From: Oopsacas minuta
Taxonomy: Eukaryota > Animalia > Porifera
Length of the DNA: 64,000 nt
Direction of reading: 5' to 3'
NCBI GenBank assembly: GCA_024704765.1
Contig: JAKMXF010000314.1
Span: 343,418-407,417 of the forward strand
Position 1 is the stretch's first letter; each line of letters begins with the position of its first letter. The notes beneath the pieces are model-generated. The model saw only the letters and a program-made list of their open reading frames with translations, did no database searches and was not told where the DNA came from. A program made the position numbers and the translations under genes. Positions 1 through 13,637 of the stretch are shown one piece after another.

Positions 1-1550
1 TTGCAAGTGACTGCCCAGTGTGTGAGAAAATGGGAATGAAGGAAAGAAAGCGTTCGACAGGTTCATGTTGATGGGGGTGAATATAACGGATCACGACCAC
101 AAGCTGGTCTACATGACTGATATCTGGGCTCGAGTCAACACTGATGGAGTAATATTTTGCCTTTTCTACTTCAGCTACAATCGTTCAGTTATTTTCTCTG
201 CGATCACAGCGATGAACTCATCAGCAATTGTGGAAAATAACTATGATGCACTCCCGCGCCCTTTGTCCGCGTATTTGGCGATGTGACCAGCAATGAATGT
301 ATCGAACTTTGCAAGAAGCTTTAGGGTGTTAATATAGTTGCCTGAGTTAATACTATTAAATCTCTCATTGGTTCCTGGGAAAGCCAATCTGTTGGATCCA
401 AGGAATTTTACTACAGCAATTACTCTCTTTAGAACCTGTGACCAATAAACACGTTCAGGCTCTATAGAAATATTCAATTCACTATTAACGTGACCATGTT
501 GACTTTTTCGTGTAATCAGATCGAGAGTACATCGGCGATGATAGAGAGAGTTTTCATGACATTTTACTCGGTCGAAGTGTCTCCAGTTATTGAAGCCTTG
601 TATGAAGGAATTGTTGGATTCTTTCGATGTAGTCGACATAATAGTGCATTGGAAGCAGTATACATTACCCGACAACGGTGAGTAGCACAGCCATTCACGC
701 TTGCCCAATTCGCCATTTGCACGTTCAACAATAAGCATTTTGTTCTGAAAATATCTGGACTCACCATCATTGTATACCCTCTTCGATGCTGGATAACTCG
801 TTGAGCGGTTGTGCGCAGCAGCAGGGCCTAGTCGAATTAGCTGGTCTGTCATATCTGGAGCAGAATTTAGCGATTCACGCAAGTTGACGGATCTTTCAAA
901 TGTATAGACAATTGAGATATTACGAGAGGAGATGAACTGTCTTCTCCAGAGAAAAATTAAGCTCCACATATACCTGCTACAATTGTCCAAGATCATTATT
1001 AGATTATGTTGGTTGTATAGTCGCATCCTGGGGCTGTGCTGCAGTTGTGTTGGTGCGGATGAAGTTGTCAAGCTTTGGCAGGTTTGATATATAACGCTCT
1101 ATGGAAGCAGCAGCATCTCGTTTCTGCGCCCCACTTTTATGTTTGTAGCAAGACACCAAATCAAAAATATAGCAAAGACAACTTATTAAGGAAAGTATCA
1201 AAATATACAAATAATTTATAATGGTCTCATATATAGTAGGAAATGGTGATTTGTTATGAATAAACACCTATAATATGTTTTCACAATTTCACCTTAGTTA
1301 ATTCATAGAGTTCATTGTTGACAAATTGATCTCCAGCCTTAAAAATAAGGAATTGTTCTTATGAATTGGAGAATATAAAGAAAGACAATTCAATTATGAG
1401 CAATTAGCTAATAATTAAAGTGGACAATGAAAGTAAACTAAAACATCTAAAAGATTACCTAAACCCGGCTCGGGTCTGCGATTAGGTAAATATTCACTGC
1501 TTTGGGCCCAGTGCGATCGCACATTCCGCATATGCGGTAATTCAGCCCTG
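1..1550 (-). mobile_element. hAT DNA transposon (ZMYM1/DUF4371-type transposase), 5' part; runs off the left edge of the window
   Basis: Minus strand starts CAGGGCTGAATTACC at 1550 (hAT-type terminus). Decayed transposase: KHKSGAQKR N-terminus, REWLCYSPLSGNVYCFQC...GFNNW...HENSLYH zinc finger, LAFPG...GNY..TLKLLAKFD, then after a stop and a frameshift YYSISVDSSPDISHVDQLVVVIRY. Confidence 0.85.
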
Positions 1551-1689
1551 CCTGGTTACCACACACGCTGATACATAAAGAATAAACAATATTACGTTCT
1601 ATGAGAAGATGTACTAGTGTTCTATAAATAAACTAAGAGATACAGTAAATTCTTTGGATATCAAACATTTTTGGGTAGATTGTAGTAAC

Positions 1690-2700
1690 TCAGATTCAAG
1701 AAGTTGGTTTGGCTATAAATTAGCAAGTAGTTTCTAGTGTTGCCATAGAAACGTAATTAAACAGTGCTTCAATATCGTTAAGACAATTCAAGGGAAATTC
1801 GAGTTAGTTCAAATTGGCGTAAGATCGAATTATAGGATAGATTTTGCATTGGATATATCAGAGAATTTTTAAGGTAAAAAAATTTGTTCGACTTTCTGAA
1901 AGTTTGAATTAACGCTTGTCGATTGTAACAACAAAACAACGAAAAGATCTTGTTTTCATGATAAATATGCAAGAAATATCAAGCAAAATAAATGACTGCG
2001 GAGGTTGATGCAGCAAATCATGTTTGTAGATTATTTAGAAGTACTATATCTGCATAACTAGACACAGCTAACCAAGCGGAGTCGAACAAATGGTCACACG
2101 ATGTGGGTTCCGACAAAATTTGAGAATGGAATGATGCTACGTTCCTGAGACATTCCTGTGTTGCAAAAGAAAAATTCCAAAGATGGCCAATTAATCCGTC
2201 AAATGCTGGAAATTTGATTCTGAGTAATAATCTGGTGGTTAAAAGTACGAATGAAATTGAACAGGTTAACACATAGGGGATGAATCAACGAATTAGCAGA
2301 CAGCGGCAAATTTACAAGTTTGAAGATATTGGAGTTCGCTCTAAGAACAGTCTATCAAACTTCGGGAAACAATTCAGCCATGAGTTGCATCAACTTTCTT
2401 CTATACGTATACAATATATAGCTTGTTGATGCCCAATAATTTATACATAAAACATTCTTAGGATAGCTAGGTACTTGATTATCAACTTGACATTAATATG
2501 CTCAACTTTGGGTTTTCCAAATTTGCTTCGAAAACACTTGATACGTCTGAAAGTTTGAGGGAATCAACCGACTTACCACTGTATAGAATATCATGTACCC
2601 CCCATACAAAGAGTTACCTTTCAGGATTAAAAAGAAGATGTAGGCCATTTAGACCATCCAAATTAAAAAAAATTCTCAATGTTTAGAATAAAAATTTGGG
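1690..2700 (+). mobile_element. highly decayed pogo-like (DDE_1) transposase remnant
   Basis: Stop-riddled frames resembling pogo motifs: FKGNSS*F (FKASxGW), DLVFMINMQE (IxNMDE), SGVEQMVT (TGxEKxxVT), KRKIPK. Confidence 0.45.
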
Positions 2701-3208
2701 CCTTTTAACGAGATCTAAATGATATGATAAATCAAACAATTTATAACAAAGAAATATTGATAAACTGAGGAGAAAATATTGTTTATGAAAATTGGTAAAA
2801 ACGTTAAGAAATCAAGGGACCTTAGAGAGGCCGATCTATTAAATCGTGATTAAAAATAATTTAGAATAGTGGGCAGTGGTGCGAGGTAGCACCGTCATTC
2901 TGAAGCAGCACGTCATGTAGTGCGTGTTTTAAGGTGGTCAGCACCAGTGTGGGTGGTACTCAGCGGTGCATCCAGTGCGCAACAACAACAACAATAAATA
3001 AGATTGATAAATTAGAAGTTTCATAAATATAAATTAACAAAATACGCCAACCTATATTAACTGAAAATTTCATAATCACTTGGTCCAAATAAAAATTCAA
3101 CGTTATAATAAAAATATTATCAATAATAATGATTTAGTGGAGGTAATGATATGCACAGTCAATTAAAATAGCCTGACCTATAAGGGCTTAGTGCACATTA
3201 AAATAAAC

Positions 3209-6200
3209 TTAAGTTCTAGTCGAAGTTAGGGTATATGTACAGGTATACAAAAAAACGTTTGGAGTGTAACATGAGCATCTGGGCAAATTTCTTTCATCAG
3301 ACCAGAATTGGTCAAGAAGTCTTTTGAAGGTAGACAATGTAGGAGCTGCACAACGTTGATAGGCAATTTGTTCCACTGGTTTACTGTTATTCTTGTAAAA
3401 ATTTGATCTTATTTTTGATTTAGGTGGTTTGTTGCACGGAGGCAGCAATACAAGGGAGTGTCCTCTAGGTCGATATTGGGATCTTAGAGAGGGTGGTAAT
3501 GTAAAATTACGCGAAATAACACCATTTATGAGTTTCCATGTGAAAATTAAGCCAGCTCTTCTTCTATTTCCAAACAAATTAGGTCAAGAGTATGCATTCT
3601 AACTCTGTACAGAAGATGGGAAACCATTTTCCAGCCTTACAATATCCGATTTCAAAAAAGAAGAGCATATAATACTTGCATATTCAGGCTTTGGTCTTGT
3701 GAAGATCTTATAAAAGTTTTCAAAAATTCTGGTGTTATACGTTCTTTTAAATACGTCAATAAGTCTGTTTGCGCTAAACGCAATCTTTGCGATATGTTCA
3801 GAGAAAGACTAGATAAATATGATTTCAACCAATTTAAAAGATTTCCCCTTATACAGTGGAAGCCGCTTAATCGGGACTCGGATAATCGGAATATCCGCTT
3901 AAATGGGACAATGATTTGTGAACAGATTTTGACATAGCTAAATCACCGGATAATTGGGACCTCGAACGGTTAATCGGCATTTTTTATCCCGATTAACTGA
4001 ATATGAATTTATATTCACTTAATTGGGATTTCATCCCAAATAAACGATTGTATAATTAATTCAGAATCATTGCAACTTGGTTTGTTTTGAAAACTGGGAA
4101 TTAAAATATTCTACAACCATAACAATACAACACCATACAATTGCAATGTATAACAAAGATTATTAACTCTGATCTCTCCCTATATAATCAGGATTTAATA
4201 GTAGAGTAATAAGATATTTCTGGTTCTGATTTGAGACCATGGAAACTAGTTTTGAAAACTTGAATATTATATAATTGGTTAATCGGACAAAGCATTGACT
4301 CCCGAGATCTACCGATTAAGCGACTTCCACTGTACCACAAATCTATTCCAACTTGCCTATTAGTATTATTTGTTGAACTATGTCAAAAGCTTTCGCGAAG
4401 TCAATAAAGACAACGTCTAATGGCAACCCCTTGTCAATTGCAAGCGTCCATTCCTCAATTACTTCGAGCAAACTGGTTACACATGATTTTTTAGGCAAGA
4501 ACCCATGCTGGTTTTCTTGAATTATGATATTGCTAAGTAGGTGATTTAGGATAGTAGGTTTGATGATAATCTCAAATATTTTGACCACAACGGATGTTAG
4601 GGAAATAGGTCAATAATTCTCGGCAAGAACACGCGAAGTTTTTTATGTATGGGTACAATATCCGCCAATTTCCAATCATTTGGTGAGATTCCCGATTGAC
4701 TGCTCTTGGAAAAGATAAGGTATAAAGGAAAGCCAAAAAACTAGAGTACATTTGTAATAACATGGGATGAATACAACAGGACCAAGAGGTTTTGATACCA
4801 ATAATAATTCCAACTTATGCCATACCATTTCTTCAATTAGTTCCAAATCAGATACGCGGTTTACGATATGTAATAGAGGAGCTTAGAAAGTTCTATCTCT
4901 ATTGGAGAGTTGAAAACGGAGGAGAAATGCTTGGAAAACATATTAGCTGATTGTGATTCACTAGTTAATTCGCCAAATGAATCAAATAGAGAAATATCGT
5001 GATTTGAATCTATCATCTGCTGCTTAGCGTAGAGAAAGAACTTCTTGATATTTAGAGGTGTGTTGAGATTTTGAGATAATTTCTTCTCAGAATTACGCCT
5101 CAAATTAAGCGATAATTTGGTAACTCTATCTCTCGCCCTGGTGAAAGAATAGTAAGATCCTTGCGTAGGGGTATTAACATAATCCATCCAAAGTTTAAGC
5201 CTACTTCTCCCAGCTGATTTAAAAGATGAACTATTTAAATATTGGAAACCTTTCCTAATTCTGATCTTCTTTCTGGAACACACGAGAGCATAGATTCATA
5301 CAAACATACAAAATCCTCCCAAAGATCAGTAACAGATTTGTTAGAATTTTTGTTAAAATTTGTGCTCCATTTTTCCGAAATACCATCAACAAGTTCACCA
5401 TATATTTTGTGATATTTGATATAGTAAATTGTACTCCCTCCTATAATAACTTAAATCATAATCAAGGAGTAAAATACCGTGGTCGTTTCCTTTCAAAGGA
5501 GGCCTAACTGTAAGACCAGAAACAGACGCTTCCTCATTAGTAAAATAAGATCTAAGAAACTGCTTGATCGTGAACTATGTCTTGTTGCTTCTGTCACATG
5601 ATGGTATAAAATAAGTCCTCTATTACATCTAGAAATTCATAGGCCTCTGAGGTAGAGTGATGGTGCATGACATTATGTGAAAATCAATCGATTCCTCCCA
5701 GATAGAAATCGCCCAATAAAATTAGCTTCTTATCTAACAATGATCTCATAATATCAAACACAATAAAGGTTTCATGCAGGCATAGGTTCGGGCGGACGAT
5801 AAAAAACTGCAACAAATAAAACCGTGTATTCAGTTTAAGAATTAGTGCATCAAATCCGTACACAGAATTTGATACAATTTGTTGCGTTTTGCTAAGCATA
5901 CTGTTGTCAGTATAGATAGCTACTCCACCTCCCTTTCTAGACTGTCTTGAACTAAAAAATCCTTCATATCCCTTTATCTGTAATTCAGTATTGGGTCCAA
6001 ACCATGTTTCAGTAACTGCTACGATCTACGATATTTGCCTCTCCAGAGCTAAAGTTTGTTCAAATTCTGACACTGTATTACATAGAAAACGGCGATTAGT
6101 ATATAAAACATTCAAAGATTCACATTTAACTGAGACTTCAGAACCATTTAAACAACCAGTATAATCAGAACTTTCCGAGGTAATCATAAGAAGTGATTTA

Positions 6201-6229
6201 GTAGTAGGCAATAATAACACCTTATCCAA
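3209..6229 (-). mobile_element. CR1/L2-type non-LTR retrotransposon (APE endonuclease + RT), decayed and internally deleted
   Basis: APE motifs IVAVTETW, GGGVAIY, ILLGDF. RT motifs PISLTSVVVKIFE, NQHGFLPKKSC, VFIDFAKAFD, GIRGNLLNWLKSYL. C-terminal RRRAGLIFTWKLING and PTLSTFKRLLD. Multiple stops and frameshifts. Confidence 0.9.
3854..4332. mobile_element. pogo/Tigger-like MITE inserted into the LINE RT frame
   Basis: TIRs CAGTGGAAGCCGCTTAATCGG / CCGATTAAGCGACTTCCACTG, flanked by TA at 3852-3853 and 4333-4334. Removing it plus one TA restores GIRGNLLNW. Confidence 0.9.
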
Positions 6230-6327
6230 GTTCTAATATGTTTTAGAAGAGAAAAAGCTGGCTCAGCACCAGTACTAGATACTGGATGAGTAACTACAAT
6301 TGTGAGTAACCAAGATATGTGATGAGA

Positions 6328-8403
6328 ACAACACGTCGTATAATAGAAATCCATATATTAGATTAATACACTTTTGTATAGATGATTGGTGAATCAGCGA
6401 AATCAACTCTAGCCTTTCTTCGTCGACTTTCAACAGCCCCAGGAACTTCTGCTAGCTTGCTTGCTGTCATTGCCTGTCCTCAGACCATTTGTCATTTTGA
6501 GTGTACATGTTTCAGCTTCTGTATCCCGCTCTTCCAGCTTAACTCTGATTCCCTCTACTGTGTCTACTGCAGATACGATGTCGAAATTTACATCTTACAA
6601 TGTCTCACCCAGCATTTTAGTTAGACCAAGAACTGCTTGTAAAATGCATAAATCAATCACGAAACTCGTATCCAACTGCGCCAATAATCCACGTGCAGTA
6701 GCTGTGCGCGATAAATTTTTGATATAGTTTGGATTGCTAGAAGGGTACGAAGTACTGCGTTAAACGATTCGTATCTTGAGCTCTAGCGAGTCACTGGATG
6801 TCTCTTTAGCGAGATTGGAGGCAGTTCATCGATTATCTGGTCTTCGATCAACTGTATCTGTTCACGCTCAAATTCAATATGCACAATTGAAGCGGACAGA
6901 AATGTATACAACATAGAAAGTAATCCTAGAATCTCACTAAATTCACCAGCACCACGCATTGCATTAACGAGCGCGAGGTTCAGTCTGTGAGAAAAACAAT
7001 GTGTGTATATGGCCTCAGGATTCATATATTTAATGCGGTCCTGAACACCAGATACTGACCCTGACATAACATGAGCTCCATCATAACACTGAAACATCAT
7101 CATAGAAATTTGAACTAAATTTGTATTTAAGACAGTTAAAATGTGGTTCGAGATGCTCTTTACATCTAGTCCATCTATTGAAGACATCTCTAATAGAACT
7201 TCGGTTGGTTCACAAGTGTTCAGATCAACGAAACGAAGTATACAAGCCAAACGCTCAACTTTAGTAATGTCTTTCGTTTAATCGCATATAAGGGCATAAC
7301 GTCTACTCCTTTCTAGATCATGCACGATTTCCTCCCGAATTGGCTTAGCCATAATCCCAAGGAGTTCATTTTGGAAATCTGGACTTGTATATTTAGCACT
7401 TTTTCCTAATGCAGATTCCTGTTCACTATCTCATCATGTTCTAAAAGTAGGGTTAAAGTTTCCAGAAAATTACCTCGATTAAGTGAGTCTTCACCTTCTC
7501 TGTGGCCACGAATAGGTAAAGCTTGAAGCGCAACAATTCTAATTACTTCACATACAGTTTTGATGTAATATCGGTTCTTTACTTGAAATTTATCTCCCCT
7601 GTCACAGTCTCACTGCAATGCTCTTATCCCTCACAGCTAAAATTTTATGGTACTCAATCCACGTTCTACGATAGGTAAGATAGTTTGTGATCAGGCCTGA
7701 TACCATGATCACTTATTCCTTTGGGTTTATTCCAATTGCTGAATCCATTCATATATAGGCTGGAGGAATTCCCGAATGACCAAAATGTCTACGGCAGAAA
7801 CAGAAGATAGCATCCTTTTCTATGGAATACTTGAGCTGATCATATAATTTGGTACGAAGCAATTGCATTGAATCTTTTTAGATGGTCTCTAACTTCCTGT
7901 AATGGAAATCGACTTAAAATAGGACGGGGGATAATAGATCCCCCCTGGTTTGTGAAATATTTGGAGCTGGAGCTTAGGTACTAAAAGTAGGAACCAGAAT
8001 GAGAGAACCAGCTTCTTTTACCTCTTCTCTGACTCGGTTTTGTGTATGCATTGATAGAAATTGTTCCCTTATGCTTTACAGTTACACGTACTAAATATTT
8101 TATAAGTTAATTATACAGCGATGATCGGTAGATTCAATTTTCAGCCCTATACGACCTTCCTACCGATCATTGGCATAAAGTGTCGATGTGATTATAAGTC
8201 AATAATGGATTCTGTGAAGACAGATCATTGGTGATACCGATGAATGTTGTATCAGTATTTAAAGAATATAAAAAATAGAAACAATAAATATTCTCTTGTG
8301 CGAATAATATATATGTGACTCGCAAATCGTGAACTTGAGGGTGCACAATTAAATTAGACACATATCCGCGGACCATCATAATTGTATTCTGGTTACGCCA
8401 CTA
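6328..8403 (-). mobile_element. hAT transposon (ZMYM1-like), copy A; 3'-truncated and inactive
   Basis: Terminus-like TAGTGGCGTAACCAG at 8403 and subterminal CCAATGATC(G/T)G repeats. Transposase motifs ALPIRGHRE, YALICD*TKDITKVERLACILRFVD, QCYDGAHVMSG, YTHCFSHRLNLALV. Reverse complement of 54641-56573. Confidence 0.9.
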
Positions 8404-9199
8404 ATTTAGAGTGTAAATATGTGCATAACTAGATTAAGCTAGCCTAGCGGCGTCGAACGAGGGTTCAAATTTGTCACATTGAAGGGTACCTGTGATTCAA
8501 ATTTCAAACTTCTAGATTGTATATTGGCTGGGCAGTGGTAAATAATGTGAAAATATTTGAAAATACAAAAGGTGATAATAACGTCAAAATTTCGTCATAG
8601 GGATGAATTTTCGTGCAAGATTCAACTGGCCCGAACGAAGCCAAAAATACCCCTATATGCCAAAAATCATCCCTGGGATTCTCCAGTTTCTTCAATCAAT
8701 TACGAACATAAAAAATTATATATATACATACATACACACAGACATTTATTGCGTTTTAATAGTATAGATTTAGATCAATAAATTTGAAACAAATCAAATT
8801 GAATAAATAAATCGGATAACTGCAATATCTACGAAATATAGTTTTTGTTGGCCCCAGTAGTGCCCTCGCGCGCACTTGGAAAATAGTATATATTCAGGCT
8901 AATATACATAGCAATAATATTACCAACTAAGACATTACGGACAAGAGGGGAAACTATATATATATATATTTCAGGTATATTTGTTGTTTTTGGGACTTTA
9001 TTTCAAACAGAGTAAAGGCCAAAATTGTTCAATATGAACTAATAATACAGTAGGTCCTCCACAAAAGGATACACAATACTTGGTTAAGAGATACACACGT
9101 TCCAAGTATAGAGTATATATACTTAACAATCTGATCAAATTGTATTTACAGATATATATATATGTCCAACAGTTAAAATATCAATGGGATTTTGGTAGA

Positions 9200-9746
9200 A
9201 ATTTGATGACAATTCCCGTCGCAACCACATAATTCGGGGAGTAAATCAACTAATTCCCATTGCCATTTTGAATGGGAATTGAGTTTGAAACACAAATCCC
9301 AATACCATTCAGGAAATTAAGCCATAACTGGACCATGGTCCATGGTCTCCCACCATGAAACAAACTCAGTATACGAAAAATAGCAATTCCCGCCTGGGTG
9401 GATGAGGTAACAACCAGTGCCGTAATTACTTTGTCTGGGCCCCGCATAATCAGGTAGGAGGCCATCTTTTCTCTTTAGCTAACTTCCGCTTCTCAAAACC
9501 GGAAGGATATTTTCTCTTCATATGTTAGCTGAAGAGAAAATATCCTTCATGGTTGAAATTGGTTAGCAAAAAAGACCAAATTAAAAATTAGGTATCAAAA
9601 CAAAAAATCAAATATGCATGCGGAAAGTACAATTGTTATAATTAGGATATTTTAGAATGGATCATTTCGAATTATCAGTCAAAGGGTGGCCCAATTGGGG
9701 CCCCCCGGCGATGGCGGTGTCGCGGGGGTAGGTAGTTACAGCCATG
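9200..9746 (-). mobile_element. hAT 5' fragment
   Basis: Terminus-like CATGGCTGTAACTACC at 9746 with GC-rich subterminal sequence, MKRKYPSGFEKRKLAKEK N-terminus and downstream NGNGN*LIYSP (NGExxRxWLxYSP-like). Confidence 0.65.
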
Positions 9747-9857
9747 GTAGCAGCGTTTCAACAGAAGGTGCAGTGTATCGTAGACGATTAATGAAATTAT
9801 TGCTATTGGATACAACATATTTGGTAAACAGAATATAACATACATATAGTTAGTTAC

Positions 9858-10067
9858 CTCCTAGTATTTCGAGGAATGTTTGGAGAAAAATCCTTGTATG
9901 TAGCTGGCAAATATTTCCGTTCAACTTCGTCAACACCAACAGAATTCTTCAAACCATGTAAAATTAATGAGTTACTTCTCTTTTCTTTGTGATCAGATAA
10001 AAGTAACTGACGGAAATGTACATTTTGAGTTTCAAGAGAGCTTTGTTGTGAGATAAGAATATCATAC
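9858..10067 (-). CDS. probable exon 3 of the JIP3/4-like gene (not in the ORF track)
   Basis: 210 nt stop-free exon bounded by ctag| and |gtaact. Phase 2 entry matches the exon 2 end (AG|G = Arg), giving ...MEER-YDILISQQSSLETQNVHFRQLLLSDHKEKRS..., a plausible coiled-coil continuation. Sequence similarity to JIP here is weak. Confidence 0.6.
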
Positions 10068-12379
10068 CTAGAGCAATCCGGTATAGTTCAAAGTAATATG
10101 ATTCTGTAATGGCATATATGGCTATAAGAGTAAGCACAAACACACGGCAACCAAAAGGCTAAATACATGAATACACTAGGCTGTACCAAATATTTCGAAA
10201 TTTTGCCAGTTCAATTACTCATATTAGAAGGCTACTCCGATATGAACAATTACATCAGCAAATTTCAGAAAATATGGAAATATCCAAAGTTTAAGCCATT
10301 TGAGATACTAAATGAAAAATAGTCGAGAATTTAAACATCATAATGTTCTCTAGTAATTGTTTCATGTCGGATGATAATAAAATTAACAATATGTATCAGG
10401 ACTTCATCTAGATTAGGTAACCCGCGATCCGAAGCGGGTAATATTTGAATTTCGAGCACCATAATATATTAAGAACATGGGGATATATGGAACCTGCATA
10501 TACCGACACTTACATATCCTGAAGACTATATAACCCGACTGTGTATATGATCTAAAAATAGCTAACAATACAAATACACCTCTATAATCCAACAATTGCT
10601 AATATGAATTCACATGTTATGAGCCCTAAACTTGTGCAGTGTGCATGGATATATAGCAATCATATCTACCCCTTCATAGCCTGATCGACAATTGGGGGCA
10701 CAAAATTTTTTCTGTATAAAAACCAATGTAGAGAGGTAGAATCAGATGTAGGATACCTTGTAGTATTTTACAATCTTCTTCCTTTATTCACCAAAGCTCA
10801 TACAGCGTGAGTATATGGGTACTACATTTTAAAGGGTAGTTTCATGTGTATATTCTATTATGTCTAATATATAAACAGACAACAACTCTACCACTACGGG
10901 ATACAAATCGATATGATACATTTGTTCTCACGGAGTTCCGTTATTCAGCCTCTATTGACGGGTTTCACCTCCATATTTTATTGTTATCGGAAGTTCTAAT
11001 TTGATCCCAGATGTTTGATGGATCATCAACACGAGATTTGAGTCCATAGTCTGTTTCCATGCACAATCAATATGGTTCTATCACCAATGCGCTCTTCAGC
11101 ACACATGACATTTGATCCTTTATCAGTTTTGCATGATGTGTCTACAATTAGCTCCTCCAGATTTACTTGAATCACTTCTACATTACCAACTTTGTGCCTT
11201 ACGAAAATATGAGCATCGATACATTGGATGATTCAGTTTGCACGAACTGTCTATCCTCATTTCCTCGGAATTTAGATAAAAATTATCATTCATCTTATCA
11301 ATCACCAATCTTTATTCAACGAGACCATTTTTTGGAACATTCCATAATTTATTCCTTATTATTTTCTCCAGAAATTCTGTCATCTTGTAGCCTTTGGAAT
11401 TGTATTCGTTATTTCAAACTAACGACTACAGTCATTAGTTCGAATTTCGTGATGCAATCGTAACTTTACATAGAACACGCGTCCACATCCCAACTATTGA
11501 TTAGGATTAACATCAATTAGATTGAGTTTGATTGTGGCCGAGATGAAACTGTTTGAACAATTGGCGTCTTAATTATATGGACTGTCGACTCTCCAGCTTT
11601 GGCTCATCCTTATCTCCAAGATTTTATTAACTTATAAATTGTAATACTTTTGTTTGTCATATATTTTTATGCTTAAATTTTATTTTGAACTTGAAATCTT
11701 CTTCTATATTTTCCCAGCTATATACATTTATTTCTGTACAACATTCCAAGTCGCTGTTCTGACCCCGGTCAATTACAATGAGCAATATGGAACATGCAAC
11801 AGTTGCCGGTATATACAATTCCACACAAGCCAGTTTAACTCAGAGCTCTCCACTAGGAAGATTTTGCTGATTTCAAAACTGTTATTTTCCAAGCATTTAG
11901 TGAAAGAGAGTTTGAATATCCACATAGAGTACCCAATGGAGATGGTACTTGTTGAGAAGCTCCTCGCAAGTTCGAAAACTGAAGAAGCTGCGGTATCCTC
12001 TTTTACATGAATGCCCAGTTTACTGTTCCATAAAGTCTATCACGAATCGGCTTAGTGTCTTCTCTCAAATAATGATAAACTCCTCTCCCAAGCAATCGAT
12101 CTCAGTCTGATCTCAAACGTTGAAGAGAATAAGAATTTTCTGATTACCCTATTCAGGAATTTGCAAGTTAATTTACCATTTCATTTTACCAATGTCTAAA
12201 ACATACGCATCCCTAACTAGTCTAGATATCAAATAATTGCAATTGATACAGTCTTGTTAGTAGAAATTTATATTTCAGTAAATCACACCATAAAGTGGAA
12301 ATTTATCGAAGTTTCCTGAAGGAAACTCGATAAATGCTACTAGATCAGATCGCTTTTTACCATAACCTAATAAACCAAC

Positions 12380-12560
12380 ATTATTATATACCGTCTAGAC
12401 GAGATCACATCCAACAAGATCCAGATGGTATCCATGATAAGTCAAATAATGAATTGCATGGTTGTCCAGATGTTCTTCGATTGCAACATTGTTTCTTAAA
12501 CTTTTTAGAACCTCTGCTCTTATTCCACCAATAACTTTTATGCACTGTGGCAAGAGTAAA
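12380..12560 (-). mobile_element. Gypsy-like integrase remnant (decayed element may span about 10900-13300)
   Basis: HKSYWWNKSRGSKKFKKQCCNRRTSGQPCNSLFDLSWIPSGSCW resembles the YWWP...C..C zinc-binding segment and LxPxPxPxxPW of Ty3/Gypsy integrase. Followed by RRYIIMLV. Confidence 0.45.
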
Positions 12561-13637
12561 TTAAACTTTAGAATACCGATGTGTCAATATTTCTTGGAAT
12601 TATATCATGTATATGCAAATATTGATGTTAAAGGAAAGGTACTTCTTGACCTTTAGTACTTTCACATCCATCGGGCAGGAAAATTTACAATTGAAAGCAT
12701 AATTTGCATATTTGTTATATGTCATTGAAATTTTGGTGTAACACAACACAAGCTTCTGAGGTACACCGGTTCAGAACGGCGGACTCTCTGCATCGAATGT
12801 ATAGCAGACTTTTTTAAGACCACGGACCCCCTAAGTGGGTCGTGGATCCTATGTTGAGAACAACTCGGGACAAGCTGACGCCATAAGTCAGGGCAGTGAA
12901 TCCGCGAATCTCTTGCCTTGAACTGAAACTGCATATCATTTTGATTCGTGGAGATTCAATATTCCAGACTTGAAACGACATTATCGCTCGTGTAAAATTT
13001 TGAAAGTTTCATAATATATCAAAATATCCTGAAATATCCATTGTGGCAACATCAAGATAGTTCCGGGTAATACTCGGAATTAACTTCCGAGTATTCCTGG
13101 TAAACATCAGGGCTTGGATAACGGAGATCCCCGAGGGTTCAACTGGTTTACGACACCTATGCCGCATCCCCACACAGTAAACCCAAAGAGGAATTGCTCG
13201 TACCCCTCTTCAAAGGAGTTTAAACATTTGGTGCAGTCTTGAGTTTGATAATCCCGCGAAAAATGAAAAATTCACAATTAGTGTGTTTAATATTCGTAGA
13301 ATGAATGGAAGGTTAGGGCCACTCTGTATTGTACTTCTTTTTGTTATATGTTATTTAGTAATTTAGCTCAGTATTAGATGGATAACCTTTCAACTTGAGG
13401 AACATGATGTGAACCATATTCCCAAGATTCCTTGATAGAAAGAGAAAATTCTCGAGGAAAAGTTTCTTCTAACACTAACAGGGAAGTTATGGAACAGTAT
13501 TGGGATACTTTATCTTAGTGCCATGTTTCTCGAACCAACGCTGAAGCTGTTTACCTTCGTAGGATCAATAGCTGACAGAGAGGGCCAAAGAATCTCCTAT
13601 TATTATGTCAAAAGAGACGATCAAACTATTGAAAGTA

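Noticed and set aside
9250-9465. ORF VITALVVTS...LSLFHGG as a JIP C-terminal WD40-like exon
   Set aside because: It lies inside a hAT 5' fragment (terminus at 9746, MKRKYPSGFEKRK start, decayed WLxYSP motif) and has no convincing splice sites.
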